From: Phoronis australis
Lineage: Eukaryota; Animalia; Phoronida
DNA length: 64,000 nucleotides
Assembly (NCBI GenBank): GCA_002633005.1
Contig: NMRA01000758.1
Span: 1 to 64,000 of the forward strand
Reading direction: 5' to 3'
Position numbers and translations under genes: made by a program. Below, in pieces: positions 1 through 12,291 of the stretch. Each line of letters starts with the position of its first letter. Position 1 is the first letter of the stretch. Below the pieces are notes generated by a model that worked only from the letters and a program-made list of their open reading frames with translations, was not told the origin of the DNA and searched no databases.

Positions 1-160
1 TTACCCTGAGATAAGTGACACATCTATCTGGAGTAAACTACCTTCCTTTACCCTGAGATAGTGACATCTATCTGGAGTAAACTACCTTCCTTTACCCTGA
101 GATAGTGACACATCTATCTGGAGTAAACTACCTTCCTTTACACTGTGATAGTGACACATC
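1..160. repeat. ~46-bp tandem repeat, ~3.5 copies, truncated by window start
   Basis: Unit TTACCCTGAGATAGTGACACATCTATCTGGAGTAAACTACCTTCCT repeated directly. Confidence 0.9.
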
Positions 161-3147
161 AGGCTCCTAGGTAATAAGCTTGTTAATAACAAGATGGTTT
201 TGTATGAATTATGTTGACCATTAAAAATTCCGATTTGGTTAGAATTCAGAACAAATTATAAGATGAAGTTGAAAGCACTTGCAGAGTGATTCAGACCTCC
301 GCCAAATATTTTTAATGCCTGTACTGTGATTTGATTTAGCAATTCATGCAACACACAGGATCATTAGAACAATGAACATGACTATTGAAGTCTGAAACTA
401 GACGTGGTTTGTTCAAGACTTCGGTAGATCTCACATGAGGACTGCTCCGCAAACCCATTACAGGTGCGAGAAAAGTTTCCTTTTGCATCTAACGCATAGC
501 AATACCTCGCGAAGAAATGCATGATCTTGCATTTTCGATTTAGGCTAAATGCTTTTTCAACCAGCTTGATAACATTTATTACTAAAATAAATACTACAAC
601 TAGGTGGGAAATTCCTAGTGCCATGTTTGCATTGTCAGTGGATTACTTTTTAAGGTAAATATGCAGAGTATGCGATTAAAATTTCAAGAACATGGTAGAT
701 TATGGCCAAGATTACAAAGTACGGAAAAAGTAGGGGCTGAATGCATAAAACCACAAAAGCTAGAATGTCACAAAGACATTCCTTTACTGAAATCTATCTC
801 ATGTTCTTTCCTCCTTAAATTGTTTTGCCAAAGACTCAATATAGTAGGTGCTACTTGGTACTCAATATTTACAGTAAAAATACCCTCATAAAGAATGACC
901 AATTTACAACCTAGTTATTGCCAAATTACACAATAATGCCTCTGTTAAATGGTGGGATTTGTAACAAATGACCCTCTGACTAGACCTAATGATTGAGTGG
1001 ACCTGGTTTAACAGGTTAATACTGTGACCTAGCCACTACTCAGTGCAAGTAGACTAAAATGCCCTGGGGACCTGTCTTGTCACTGATGTACTGGGTACTA
1101 ATGCCATCATATGGATTTTAGTGTTGATTTATGATGAACTAACATTCATTTCATAAGAGCTAATTAAATTCTATGCAGGAACAACAAAGGCTGCGTTCCA
1201 AAAAGCAAGCTTCTAGCGTGATCGCACAACTCTGAGTTCGTACTAGACTTAAATAGCACTTGCTCACTAGTATGTTGTGTTATTGAACAATGGTCAAATT
1301 AGGTTACATTAGTCAACTAAAACCTAGAATAAATATAGGAACAGGAACCATCAGTGGATTCCCGCCTGGTTCACAGTGTAATCATGCAAAATTTTAACTT
1401 TGATAATTTGACTCAACAGAAAATGAGTAGCTTTTGTTTACAATGCTGGCACATGGTTGCAAAAATTGATGCAGTCAAATTTCCTTAACATGACTCAAAT
1501 GTGGAAATGTAAGCCCAAATCTTAAGAAAAACAGCACTTGATGTGACTGAAAAGTACCATGGTTTGTAACAGCTGTCAGAGCTAATGAGCCATTCATCTG
1601 ATGTATGCCACATACCAAATAACTTCCTGCTTTGGTTTTTGTTGCTGGAAAATTTAGAACTTATTGTAGCTTAGTCATTACAAAGTGCAAAGGCACAGTC
1701 CTGAAATGATAGTTCAAACACATTGGAAATGTTGTTTTGTTTACTTTGTCCAAAAATTAACTGAAGTTGGTTTCTTGGAATGGGCCCCTGCCATATAGAA
1801 CGCTTGGTCATGCTATGGAACTACTGAGTGGTGTCAATCTATTCTACACAGCATAGAACTGAACCCCCAGTAAGCTGTTTGTTACATTATAAGCTGAGCA
1901 GATACACCTTGAAGTGTAGGTGCTCAGCTTAATGCCTATTTCAATGTTGAGTTCCCAATTAAGGCCCCTGGGTTGTAACATGGACATGGATTATAATTTC
2001 TTAGGTCTCATGCATACAGTTGTAAAACTTTCAGCAAAATGCATGACTCACATGGGTTTTCTCCAAACACAATTTTAAAACCTCAGCATTTAGTCTTTGT
2101 CTGTAACAACTCTTAACCAGACATTCCTGCTCAATGATGTCAGTTCTGTTGGCAGATTAAGTGTTAAATAATTAAACAAAATACCTGTCACTGTTATTGT
2201 TACAAAACTTCACTGACCCTACTGTGTCTAGGGCTTACACCTTAACTTAACTTTGATACTGTCAAGAACTGGCTAAAACAATGTTTTGGGTTTAGTCTAA
2301 GCATAGTTCAGCAAATGCTCTACGTTGCACCATATTTCACTACATTACTGCATTCCAGCTATGCTGTATACAGAATATGTATCTCCACCATTTGCGCATA
2401 GTGAGTTCACTGCAAAATGACACTAATGATTAGTGTAAGAATGAATTAACTCAATTAAATAACTCAATGAATTAACTCAATGAATCTACGTTAAAAATCA
2501 AGTTGATGACAAGAAATAAGCAGAGAAACAACCAGTCTTCTTATAGGTTCTCCAAGTTTAACAAACAGATGGCGCTGTGTGTCGCTTAAATAACCAGAGC
2601 TCCACCCAAAATTGAGTTCTTTAATGTGGCTGAGGTACAAAAGACATTGTAGTTTTGGACTTGGACATCTATTTTATCTCTATGGATATTTGTTGTGCTT
2701 TTCAAATTGTCCGTTTTCAGAATTTTAACTCATTGAGCCGCTATAGTACCTTATTGGCAATGAAAGATGTAACCTGAAAATAACCTTTACTACAAAATTT
2801 AGTATTGCTCATATTAAACAACATACAGAGATCATTAGCAGCGCAAAAGAGGTTGGAAAAGTACTTAACATATACTATTATGGAAAAATAGCTAGGGTTG
2901 CTACATTTCAAGATGTTGCTATTGTAGAACAAATTTACAAAATTCCCCAGTTTAGAACAGTCTTTTGAATTTGGATGATTTTAACATCAAATACTGTCTG
3001 TTTCTAGAATTTGGGATAAGCTCTGACCTTGAGCAAAATAGTTAAGTTTTCACTGAAGAATTTTTACCATACTAGTGCCATAACAAGATAATCAATATGA
3101 TTAACAAGCCCGTGAACTAATTCTTACTCTCCATTGTCCTATTTCAG

Positions 3148-3456
3148 CCATTTCCGAAGTATACTGCTTCAATTATGTCATAAACATTGACTGCAACAAT
3201 GCTCAACACATCACCATTGTCAGTCTCAACTATGGTAAAGGTAACTGTACCTCAGTGTGTTGCGCACATGACTTTGACTGTGTCCGCCCAGTACAGGATG
3301 TTGAGCTATCCCAGTACAATGCTATCATGGATACATGCCACGGCAAGGGGTCATGCTTTTATAAACTACCACTTGAAGTACCCAGCCTAGACATCGCCTG
3401 CCCACCTTCGTCATCATTCAAGCCTTACCTCCGTTTAACATACAGCTGTACTACAG
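3148..3456 (+). CDS. Gene A exon: SUEL/Gal_Lectin-like domain (10 Cys)
   Basis: tttcag acceptor, gtaagt donor, phase 1-1, open: ISEVYCFNYVINIDCNNAQHITIVSLNYGKGNCTSVCCAHDFDCVRP...CHGKGSCFYKLP...ACPPSSSFKPYLRLTYSCTT; C..L.C..YG..C.GK.SC..YL..Y.C pattern of SUEL domains. Confidence 0.85.
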
Positions 3457-4516
3457 GTAAGTGCCACAACAATTCCAAATGTCGCTCACACACAGGCGTA
3501 CCCTAGCACAAGTTACTGCCACAAGGAGTTGTCGCAAAGTTTGGATGCTGTGTGGACGTTATTTAAACTAGTGTAACTAACTCCACCTTATCGAAGTAGG
3601 GTGACTTGTTCCAGAGTAACTTGTGCCACTTATGAGCGCTGTGTGGCCACCGACCTGGGGCAAGGTGTAAGTTAACTATCAGCTGCGTATTCGCATCGGC
3701 TGTCCATAATCATGAACAGTGCGACAACTTCCACCTTACCCTAGTTATGTGTGTGTGGATGTTTTACTTAAAAGTGGGGTAAGTTGTTTTGGCCTTAACC
3801 CATGCTTATTTCTTATAAGCAGAAACTACTGATACTAAGTCTTTTGACACAATGTTTTCCAAATGATAACGAGTGACAATATACTTAACTGTTTACTATG
3901 AAGGGTCGAGACTAAAAAATAAACTATAAAACACAATACTATACTACTGAAGAATAATAACTATATACGTTCTTGAACTGTCCACATCCAGTCTAAATGA
4001 CAATTCTTGTACTGTATTTATATCGGACAAAGCTTGATCATATAACCACTGTTATGGATTAGGAATTTACACTCCCAACAGTTGTGTGACAATGTGACTG
4101 GCATCCCTACAAAAAATGGAGGGTAGTGAACTTCGCGAAATGCCATGGTTTTTTTTAGGGTCTTCCACATAAGTCACCATATTAATGCAACTTGTAACTT
4201 GATAACTTATACTGAAGCTTGTCAAAAAAGACTACCCATAAAAATTACTTTTTACTTGCGGCAACAAGAACATACTTGACTTGTCTGATGTTGACAATCA
4301 TTGTTGCTTAGTGGAGTAGTCAACTTTCTCCATAATAGTTTACTACTTAACCAAAGTGGAGTGTTCATTTGTGTATTATTATGTATACCTTAACAGTTGA
4401 GTTGAGCAAGGAATACTTGTTGCAAAGATGTAATGTTCCTTTGATTTCACTGCAGTGATATTATACTTTCACTTATGAAAAATTAACAAACAAAAAATAA
4501 ATCAAACTTGTTTCAG

Positions 4517-4684
4517 CCACCACCACTACCACCACCAAACCAACAACTGTGCCACCGACAACACAAAGGCAGAAGACATCACAGCCTGCCATCCTTCCAC
4601 GGACAACAGCGCCACCACCAGGCAGCACAACAGATACAGCTTCTGATGGTGGCAAAAACCAGACTCAAACTGGACTCGGCACAG
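4517..4684 (+). CDS. Gene A exon: Thr/Pro-rich mucin-like stalk
   Basis: tttcag/gtatgg, phase 1-1; ATTTTTTKPTTVPPTTQRQKTSQPAILPRTTAPPPGSTT...GLGT. Confidence 0.85.
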
Positions 4685-5107
4685 GTATGGAGCAGCCATA
4701 GTAGCCATGTGAACTCGGGCTCCAGTGTGGTTTAACAATCAATCATACTATCATTTGATTGGAAACTCTATATTTAAGTTGTTGGAACAAATTTTCTCAC
4801 AGGGAAAAGGAAGTGTTTGGGTATGGAACTTGTGTACTCCTTAACCTACTAACAGTTCAACTGCTTTTGTGCCCTCTTTCACAGTGACTCTGTGAAAGGA
4901 TGATGACCAACGCAGGAATGAGATGGAAAAATAGTGAACCGTTTTGATATTGTGTTTTGACGCCTTGTTATCTTGTGTGTCACATAAGACCGACTGGAAT
5001 GCATCGATTTCAAATAAGTCTTGTTGATGCAGCAGTGGCAAACCATGATAGATTCAGCAGAATGCACTTCTCAACACCAACCAGGTGGAATATTTGAATA
5101 TTACTTT

Positions 5108-5336
5108 CAGGGCTTGGAATTCTCCTTTTTTAAGAGAATTTCCTTTTATCTGATTTCCAATTTCCTCTTTTTCCTCTCTTTTTATCATTATTTTGACTTT
5201 ATTCATGCAAAAACATTTATTTCAATTATAGTTTATAACACAAAACATATTTCTATCACAAAAGCCTATTTACTTTTGGAATGATACGTCACCTGAAAAT
5301 TTTCCTCTTTTTTGTCATTGGTCATACCAAGCCCTG
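5108..5336. mobile_element. Small non-autonomous DNA transposon, 6-bp TSD (hAT-related?)
   Basis: TIR CAGGGCTTGG...CCAAGCCCTG, flanked by TACTTT on both sides; related copy at 15145-15623. Confidence 0.65.
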
Positions 5337-5460
5337 TACTTTACAAGCAACCCAATATCAGAATGTACGGATGTTTCTTTGTTATCACAAACATTTGAAG
5401 TATGGTCTGCTCGCCACCTCCTGGCCACAGGTGGGGGGGGCAGAAATCTTTTTGGACTTA

Positions 5461-6850
5461 CCGTATTCGCCGTAATAACCGCCCATGCCCCTATAAGCGC
5501 CCCCCCACGCGTTTTCAGACTTTGCTGAAATAAGCGCCCAGTCCATGAACGTGTACATGCGAACAATGACGTACCTACATTCCTAAAACTCGGCCACAGT
5601 AACGTTTTCAAAAATTTTTTGCACGGGTCTTCTAGACCACCAGGGGCACTGCTACATTTGTATCTAGCCGTGACTTTACACTTCAAAGTAACGCAGCGCT
5701 TTAAAAAGAACGCAACAGCGTTGCTACGCTCTTGCGACGACCGTGTCCCACTATGGTCTGACCTTTCAGGAGACACATCGACTGTATCATGAATAAAAAT
5801 AATTCTGTGTTAAACGCACGTGGCCAGGAAGCGCGCGCTACATATATGAACCTGTCATCAAAGACATTAGTCGGGAACTATCCATTCATGAAACGGGTAG
5901 CATAGCATCGATAAGAAATAAATATTGGCACTAATTTCCGACAATTTCTAATACTATAAAACATTTTTGTGTTATTTTTGAGACGGATTGTTTGATTAAC
6001 CATAATTGGTGTTTTAAAGCATAATATCCGATAAAATGACAACTGACTGTGAATGCTTACACACCCTTACACCGAAAAGTAACTGTCAGATAGTTATGTA
6101 CGCATCCAGCAACACGGCGACTAATATGGCCTTACCGAGACAAATGTCGAAAGTTTTTAGCACGAGACCGGCAAGTGCTGAATGAAACACGCTCTGGTTT
6201 AGGCTTACTGTTTGTGCAAATGTCTTTAGACACATCTAGCTAGTTAGATTGCATGGCTCTGGCCAAAAGACGGCCTCTGCTTTGGCAAATGAACTCTGGT
6301 GACACGCACGCGCTCGCTTACTCGCAGACGAACTTCAAAACAAACGTCACGTGACAACAACATGTGTGTTCGTCCAGACATTTTTCTCACCGTGTTGCCA
6401 ATCATACATGTAGATGGCACGATGTTGTAGATTTGTACTTAAACCTGCCGTTAATCCAGACTGCACAGGAACTTAAAAAATCTTAGAGACGCTACTTATA
6501 AAAGTTAATGAGGATTTCAAGTAATTTGCTTGAGTCGAAACCATTTTTATTCAAGCATTGAAGTCGCCATATCAAAGACGGCGATTTCGAGGCAGTCAGC
6601 CCTGGGATTTCAGCACAATTTTCTGTAAAATGATTGTAATTTAGCAGCAAAGTTTGATAGCAATGCACCACAGTTTTGTTTACAGTCTTTCATAGATTAC
6701 ATATACGTCACAGAGTATAAATTTGATGAATCTTAGCTTCCGATTACACCCGTTTCGGAGACCGGGTTTCAACCGCCTTGGGTTATAATAAGCGCCCCCC
6801 CTGAACCGAACTTTTCTAAGCGCCCTGGGCAGTTATTACGCCGAATACGG
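5461..6850. mobile_element. Non-autonomous Tc1/mariner-pogo-like element (copy 1)
   Basis: TA flanks; TIR CCGTATTCG(C/G)CGTAATAAC(C/T)GCCCA; subterminal TAAGCGCCC motifs; homologous copy at 60004-61894; no transposase ORF. Confidence 0.85.
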
Positions 6851-7221
6851 TATGTACATTAGGTCACATGATTTGGCCAACATGTGGCGTGCAGAACGGG
6901 CTTAAAATGTTTGTGATCTATGTTTCCATGCCAGTTCACAAGATTTACATATACGTATATAGTTACTTTGTTCTGTTAATTATAAGAAGCCAGGGTATGT
7001 AAGCATTTCATGCTGCTGCTTCTCATAACTTTGAGGAATAATGTAATTGCTTTTTAGTCTGGTGCACAAATGTCACAACCTCCACCACTAAACTCATTGC
7101 ATTCATACCTAGTGTTGTATATCGCTAGTTAGTGCTCTTCTAATACCGTATTAGCCCTAATAAGCGCCCAGGGCACAATGCTTGTGATATCTCCTATTAC
7201 CAGGATTTTTGTTCTTTACAG

Positions 7222-7303
7222 GTGCTCTGATAGGCATTATAGTGGGCAGCGTGTGCGCTGTCATTCTCATCGTGGTGCTTGTCATCATCTTGTTGAAGCG
7301 CAG
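7222..7303 (+). CDS. Gene A exon: transmembrane helix
   Basis: tttacag/gttagt, phase 1-2; GALIGIIVGSVCAVILIVVLVIILLKRR with basic stop-transfer. Confidence 0.9.
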
Positions 7304-8715
7304 GTTAGTGTTAGCAACATCAGTCAGAATGTTGATTAGGACTAGACTTTTATCCATCCATCAAGCATGCAGATATCACAAATGGCTGTCACTGTACTGT
7401 TGCCATGTGTGGTCTAAATGTTGTTGGGAGGTAACTGTCTACATTTTGGAAATTTTTCATATTCCATAAAAACTTAACTGTCCATATGTTTTCTGAAAGC
7501 TCTGATTGAAAAATGTTAGTTTACGCCTCAATTGTCTATAACTACGTGACTCCCATTTTTGTGAAAATTGTCATTTTTGTTTTGAACACAAGTTTCTAAA
7601 AAACTGAACTGCCTGTGACTTACTATACCTCAACGATAGAGATGTTAGCCAAACTTCGTCTCAAGTCTTTATTTTTGACAGCTTACATCTCAGTTTGTAG
7701 TGGATGAGGAAGTCAAACATCTGAGATATGGTTCCCTCAGCCATAGACCTCGAAATAAGGGTAAAAAATTCCATGCTAATCAGCCCACGCATTAACACCA
7801 AATCAATGTTCAAAACTATCATAAGCATCAAAAACCAAAAGGTCTGAAAATAGCTCATAATGACGTGCCACAAAATTGAAATTAATGATCAACCCAAACA
7901 ACTTGTTTATTTGGCGCACAAATAATGTGTTTAGTAAGTGTTATGATCAGGAATGAAAAATATACATATAAATATATTTCAGTGTTAACTAGCTAAAGTA
8001 GACAACATTTCCAGTTACAAAGTAACCTTCAATATCACTTCTTATCAGGCAAATCTACAACCTGTGTTTAACAATATATTCTGAGGCAACTAAATGACCT
8101 TTAAATGACCTCAAGGTCGGATCCCTGATGAGAACAAACAAAATTCTGAATATAGAAACTTTTTAAACTAAATTTGATGTGCTTCACTGTCACGTACATC
8201 ATTGAATTCTGCTTGACAGGACTTTTCTGGATTGATCCATTTGCAATGTGACTGAAATTTGTGTCACAAAATGCAAATGTTAAATTCTATTTAATAGGAT
8301 AAGTAATCCTTTTTGATGTTACTTTTAATATAAAATACAGATCCCTGGTTATCTTGGAGAGCTCGTTTTTGGATTCTGTGGCATGCATTTACTACACCTG
8401 GTACAGTGGAAAGCAACGTAAACATCCCAACAAAGGCCTGCATCTTGGTTTGTCATTCACTTCTGTTGAAAAAAACATGAGTGTCCAGTACATATTTTGT
8501 TCAATAGCCAGTCGGACATTGTGTTTGTTCAATGGCAGTGAAAACAGAACCAAGATATAAGCCTTTTGCTGGACAGTTTGTGTCACTTTCTATCATTTCT
8601 TGGGTAGTAACAGCAATTAAGCAGAAAGGTGTATCTCCAAGATAATCATGGAATTGCATTTTACTAATATTTAAAATGGTTGCATTTTCCTTCAAGTAAA
8701 TATTTTTCACAACAG

Positions 8716-9547
8716 GAGGCAGAGTAAGCCGGAGCAGGCTCAGTTCCCTCCATCCCACTCCGGCCCAGTCACATCAGTGCCAATACAATCAGGTCCTGAC
8801 GAGCTGTATGGCTTCCTGCCTGGGGCAACGGTGGAACCAGACGCCAAGAGAATCAGTCGCATTAAAGAGAGTCAAGCTAATGGTGATAGCAGGACACCTT
8901 ACAAGGACAATTCCGGTGTTGTCATGAAAAACGAAACTAAGGGTGGAAAAAAAAAGTCTAGTAGTTCTAATGGGAAATCCGTCACCAAAAGCAGCGCAAG
9001 CGGAGATAGCAAAAGTCGTCCAAAGTCAACTGGTCTCTCGCGTGAGGAGTCGTTGAACCGCAAGGTTCCCAATGTTCTAGCACCCGGTGAGAGGAGACCA
9101 GCGAGGCCGAAAGAAGTCACTGTGAATCCTCAATATGACTATCCACGGAGCTCGAAGAACATTCAGCCAAGTGAGCCACCAGTTGCTAGTTCAAAAGACA
9201 GTGCAAAAACTAAAGATTTAGACAAGAAAGCTGAGAAAGTTGAGCCTATAAAAGCAAACAAATCTGAAGAGAGTAAACAGAAGGAGAAAGATTTAGACAA
9301 GAAAGCTGAGAAAGTTGGGCCTATAAAAGCAAAAAAATCTGAAGAGAGTAAACAGAAGGAGAATTTGGGTAAATTAGAGCTCAAGGAAACTAAAGACACA
9401 ACCGGTGCTAAATCTCAACCTATTAACCATGAGACAAGTAAAAATGAAGAGCAACCTGCAAGTCAAAAAACAGGGGAGACCATCCAAGGAATACACAATC
9501 CCGCTTTCGATACAGAAGATCACAACCAAGACAGTGATGAATCGTAA
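8716..9547 (+). CDS. Gene A terminal exon: cytoplasmic tail (DELYGF, NPQY, NPAF; Lys/Glu-rich)
   Basis: aacag acceptor in phase 2 joins in frame to ORF 8777-9547; low-complexity hydrophilic tail. Confidence 0.85.
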
Positions 9548-12291
9548 GGCCAAGTAAAAAATAGACAATGGAGATTTAAAAATTCACTAGATGGCGCTAG
9601 TGTAACAATAATCCTTCCTGTAGATATGCATGCATTCAGGTAATCACAGAGGACATTTAACCCATGAACATCCTTATACCAATGAACTGCTTTCTGCTCT
9701 CAATTTATTTTAGTTTCAAAGAGTTTAATCTCCTTTCTTTATCAGCATACTAAGTGTGCATTTGAGTTGTCTATTGTTAGCACAAGATGACAACATTACC
9801 CTTGTCAACTTTTTAGAGTTAGTTTCATGTTTCTGGAATATTATTGTATGTTGTGGTCAACATTCCCCAACAAACCAAAGACTAGAATCGGGTGAATATC
9901 TCAATGACTTATTGTTATGGTATGACTTAATTTCTCTTTCACGTGGGAACACCATTTCCCACTACCAATTTAAGTTTAAGGAAACTTAGAAAATAGGATG
10001 CAGTTAATAAAATGCTATGGATTATTATGACAACATCAGGGTAACATACAGACTCTTAAAAAAGTACGGCATACATTCGGCAGGTGTTTGCCAGGTAGAG
10101 TATTCAAGAATTCAGGAAAAAACAAACAATCAGTATAGGGTTTTTGGTTAAAGTACAAACCCTCGTGTGACATTTCCAACACGGATGCGCAATAAGAATC
10201 ATTTAGAATTTTAGTCAAGTAATGATTGGCATTAGGTAGTCTAGTGGCCACTGTCAAATCGTAATTTGACAGGTTAGCGAACAGGAGAAATGTCTCTAAC
10301 AACAGGAAAAAATCGAAAAACTTAATTCTCGTGCAGGATTTGGTATAACTGTTGTCCTTTTTGTCTGATGTTGTTAAATTGTAGTTATCTCCCACAATTA
10401 ACTATGTCACAAACGTATCAGTACCCAATTTGCAAATGTGTTTGGCAGTGAATGGATAGGTCAGCGAAAGGTGCGTTGCAGTGACTTAAATGTGGGATGA
10501 ACGTCCGATTTTAAAATCCTCAAGGAAATTTTGCCAACAAAGTGGTGCCTAAATTATTGAAATGGTTGCACACATGTGCCAGGTCTTGAACTGTTCATCA
10601 GCAAGTTTCAGTACCTCAAACTGAAGACGATGATCTGTATTAATTGTCACCACGCAGGTAAGTTCACTTTGGGAGTCACTGTGTATGATCCAATTCCCCA
10701 CACGGTACTATCATGTTTTGCTAGTCAGGCCATGTGATCTAGCTAGCTTTAACCAGAATATACTATAGCCCCTAGTTAACATGCCTTGCAAACCAGACCA
10801 CATGATCTGACTAGTCTTCTTTAGCATAAAGACTATCCTCAGGTTTACATGTCTTGAAAGTTCTAATAGTCAATTGAGAACACTTATGTTAACACATTTA
10901 GTGTCTGGCCACTGAGCAAAGCACAATAACTAATAGATTTAGGACCAGTTGTAGAGTAGTATAACTAAGGATTTTCATTGGCAAAGTTCAGACTCTTGCT
11001 ATCAACAAGTTTAGTTTACAAGGCTATTTTTGTAAGGTTTATTCCATAACTGAGTCACCCGGCCAGAGGAAAGAACATATCATTAATGATGTTTTTAACT
11101 ATATATTAATAAAGCACAAAAATATTTCCAGGTGATCAGTGCATTGGGCCCACATGCGCGGCCTGCGCACGTCTGGTACAATGTATACCAGACCATACAA
11201 CGTGTACCAGACCGCCTGCAATTATTTTTTTATGTTTTGTGATATTATGGACATGACTGAGTCATAGTCTGAAACATATAGGTATTGAGGAGCAGAAATA
11301 TGTAATGACATTTTAAAAAAATGCAATTCTATTACTCTCGTTATTTCATTTTCTAGGTTTTTCTCGTGTCATTGTGAAGAAGTCGTATAAAAATGGGATT
11401 TCCAAACTTTATATTCGGTACTAATTGTCACACGCATTTCAAGCATGTAGATTTAAGAAGACAATTGTGAACACGTGTAATGAATTCTGCTCATCAATGA
11501 AACAACTTAAAAACAAAACGTGGTTCCAAAAACTTTTATAGTATGGAGAACAAAACATATCAGCAAACTGTTTTTGTTTATAAGTATCGTTTAACTTTTG
11601 TAAATTGAGTAAACAACGTCCATGTATTTATAGATTTTTGCTTTATTAAATAAAGTATTATGATTTTGTTTTTCTAAATGTCTTGTTATAACATTGTCAT
11701 TTCCTTCAGTCCACTATGTTACCTACCACAGTTACAACCAAAAGTAGACAGTGTCTAAGCACACTCTAAATACTTAAACAAGCAGTAGCATACCATCCCT
11801 AATAGCACACAGATCACAGACATGTCATGTCACAGTCTGTGTTTACACACAGTTCTTTCAACATAACACTGAATGTACCAACTTAAAAGGATGCGGAACA
11901 ATCCTTGTTCCCAGTTGAGTAAAATCTTTGGTTTTGGGTGCAGATTTTGACCAGTAATGGGCGTGTTTATGTAAATACATGCAATTACTAGCACTGATTT
12001 ACATAGATCAAAGGTGCATTTCATCCCGTTGAGATGGCTAAAAAATGAAAATTGACTTCAACTTTCTATACTCTTACAAAGTTGGTTATGTAATGTTCCT
12101 AAGAGTTGCAAATTGGCACATGTAGGGTAGGTACTGTGACATGCCTGCTCGTTCAGCAACAATTCAAGATCGGATGATCGAGGTAATGTTATAAACTTCA
12201 TAGAGCTTCCAGTTAAAAAAAAGCGGTGTAATGCTACCTTAATTAGTCGCACAGCACTTCAAGTTCTCATGACAAAGACCAATCTGAATTA

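Noticed and set aside
300-3147. Signal-peptide exon for gene A (e.g. ATG 623..aag|gtaaat, ATG 2569)
   Set aside because: Wrong phase or early stop; the true first exon is unidentified or upstream of the window
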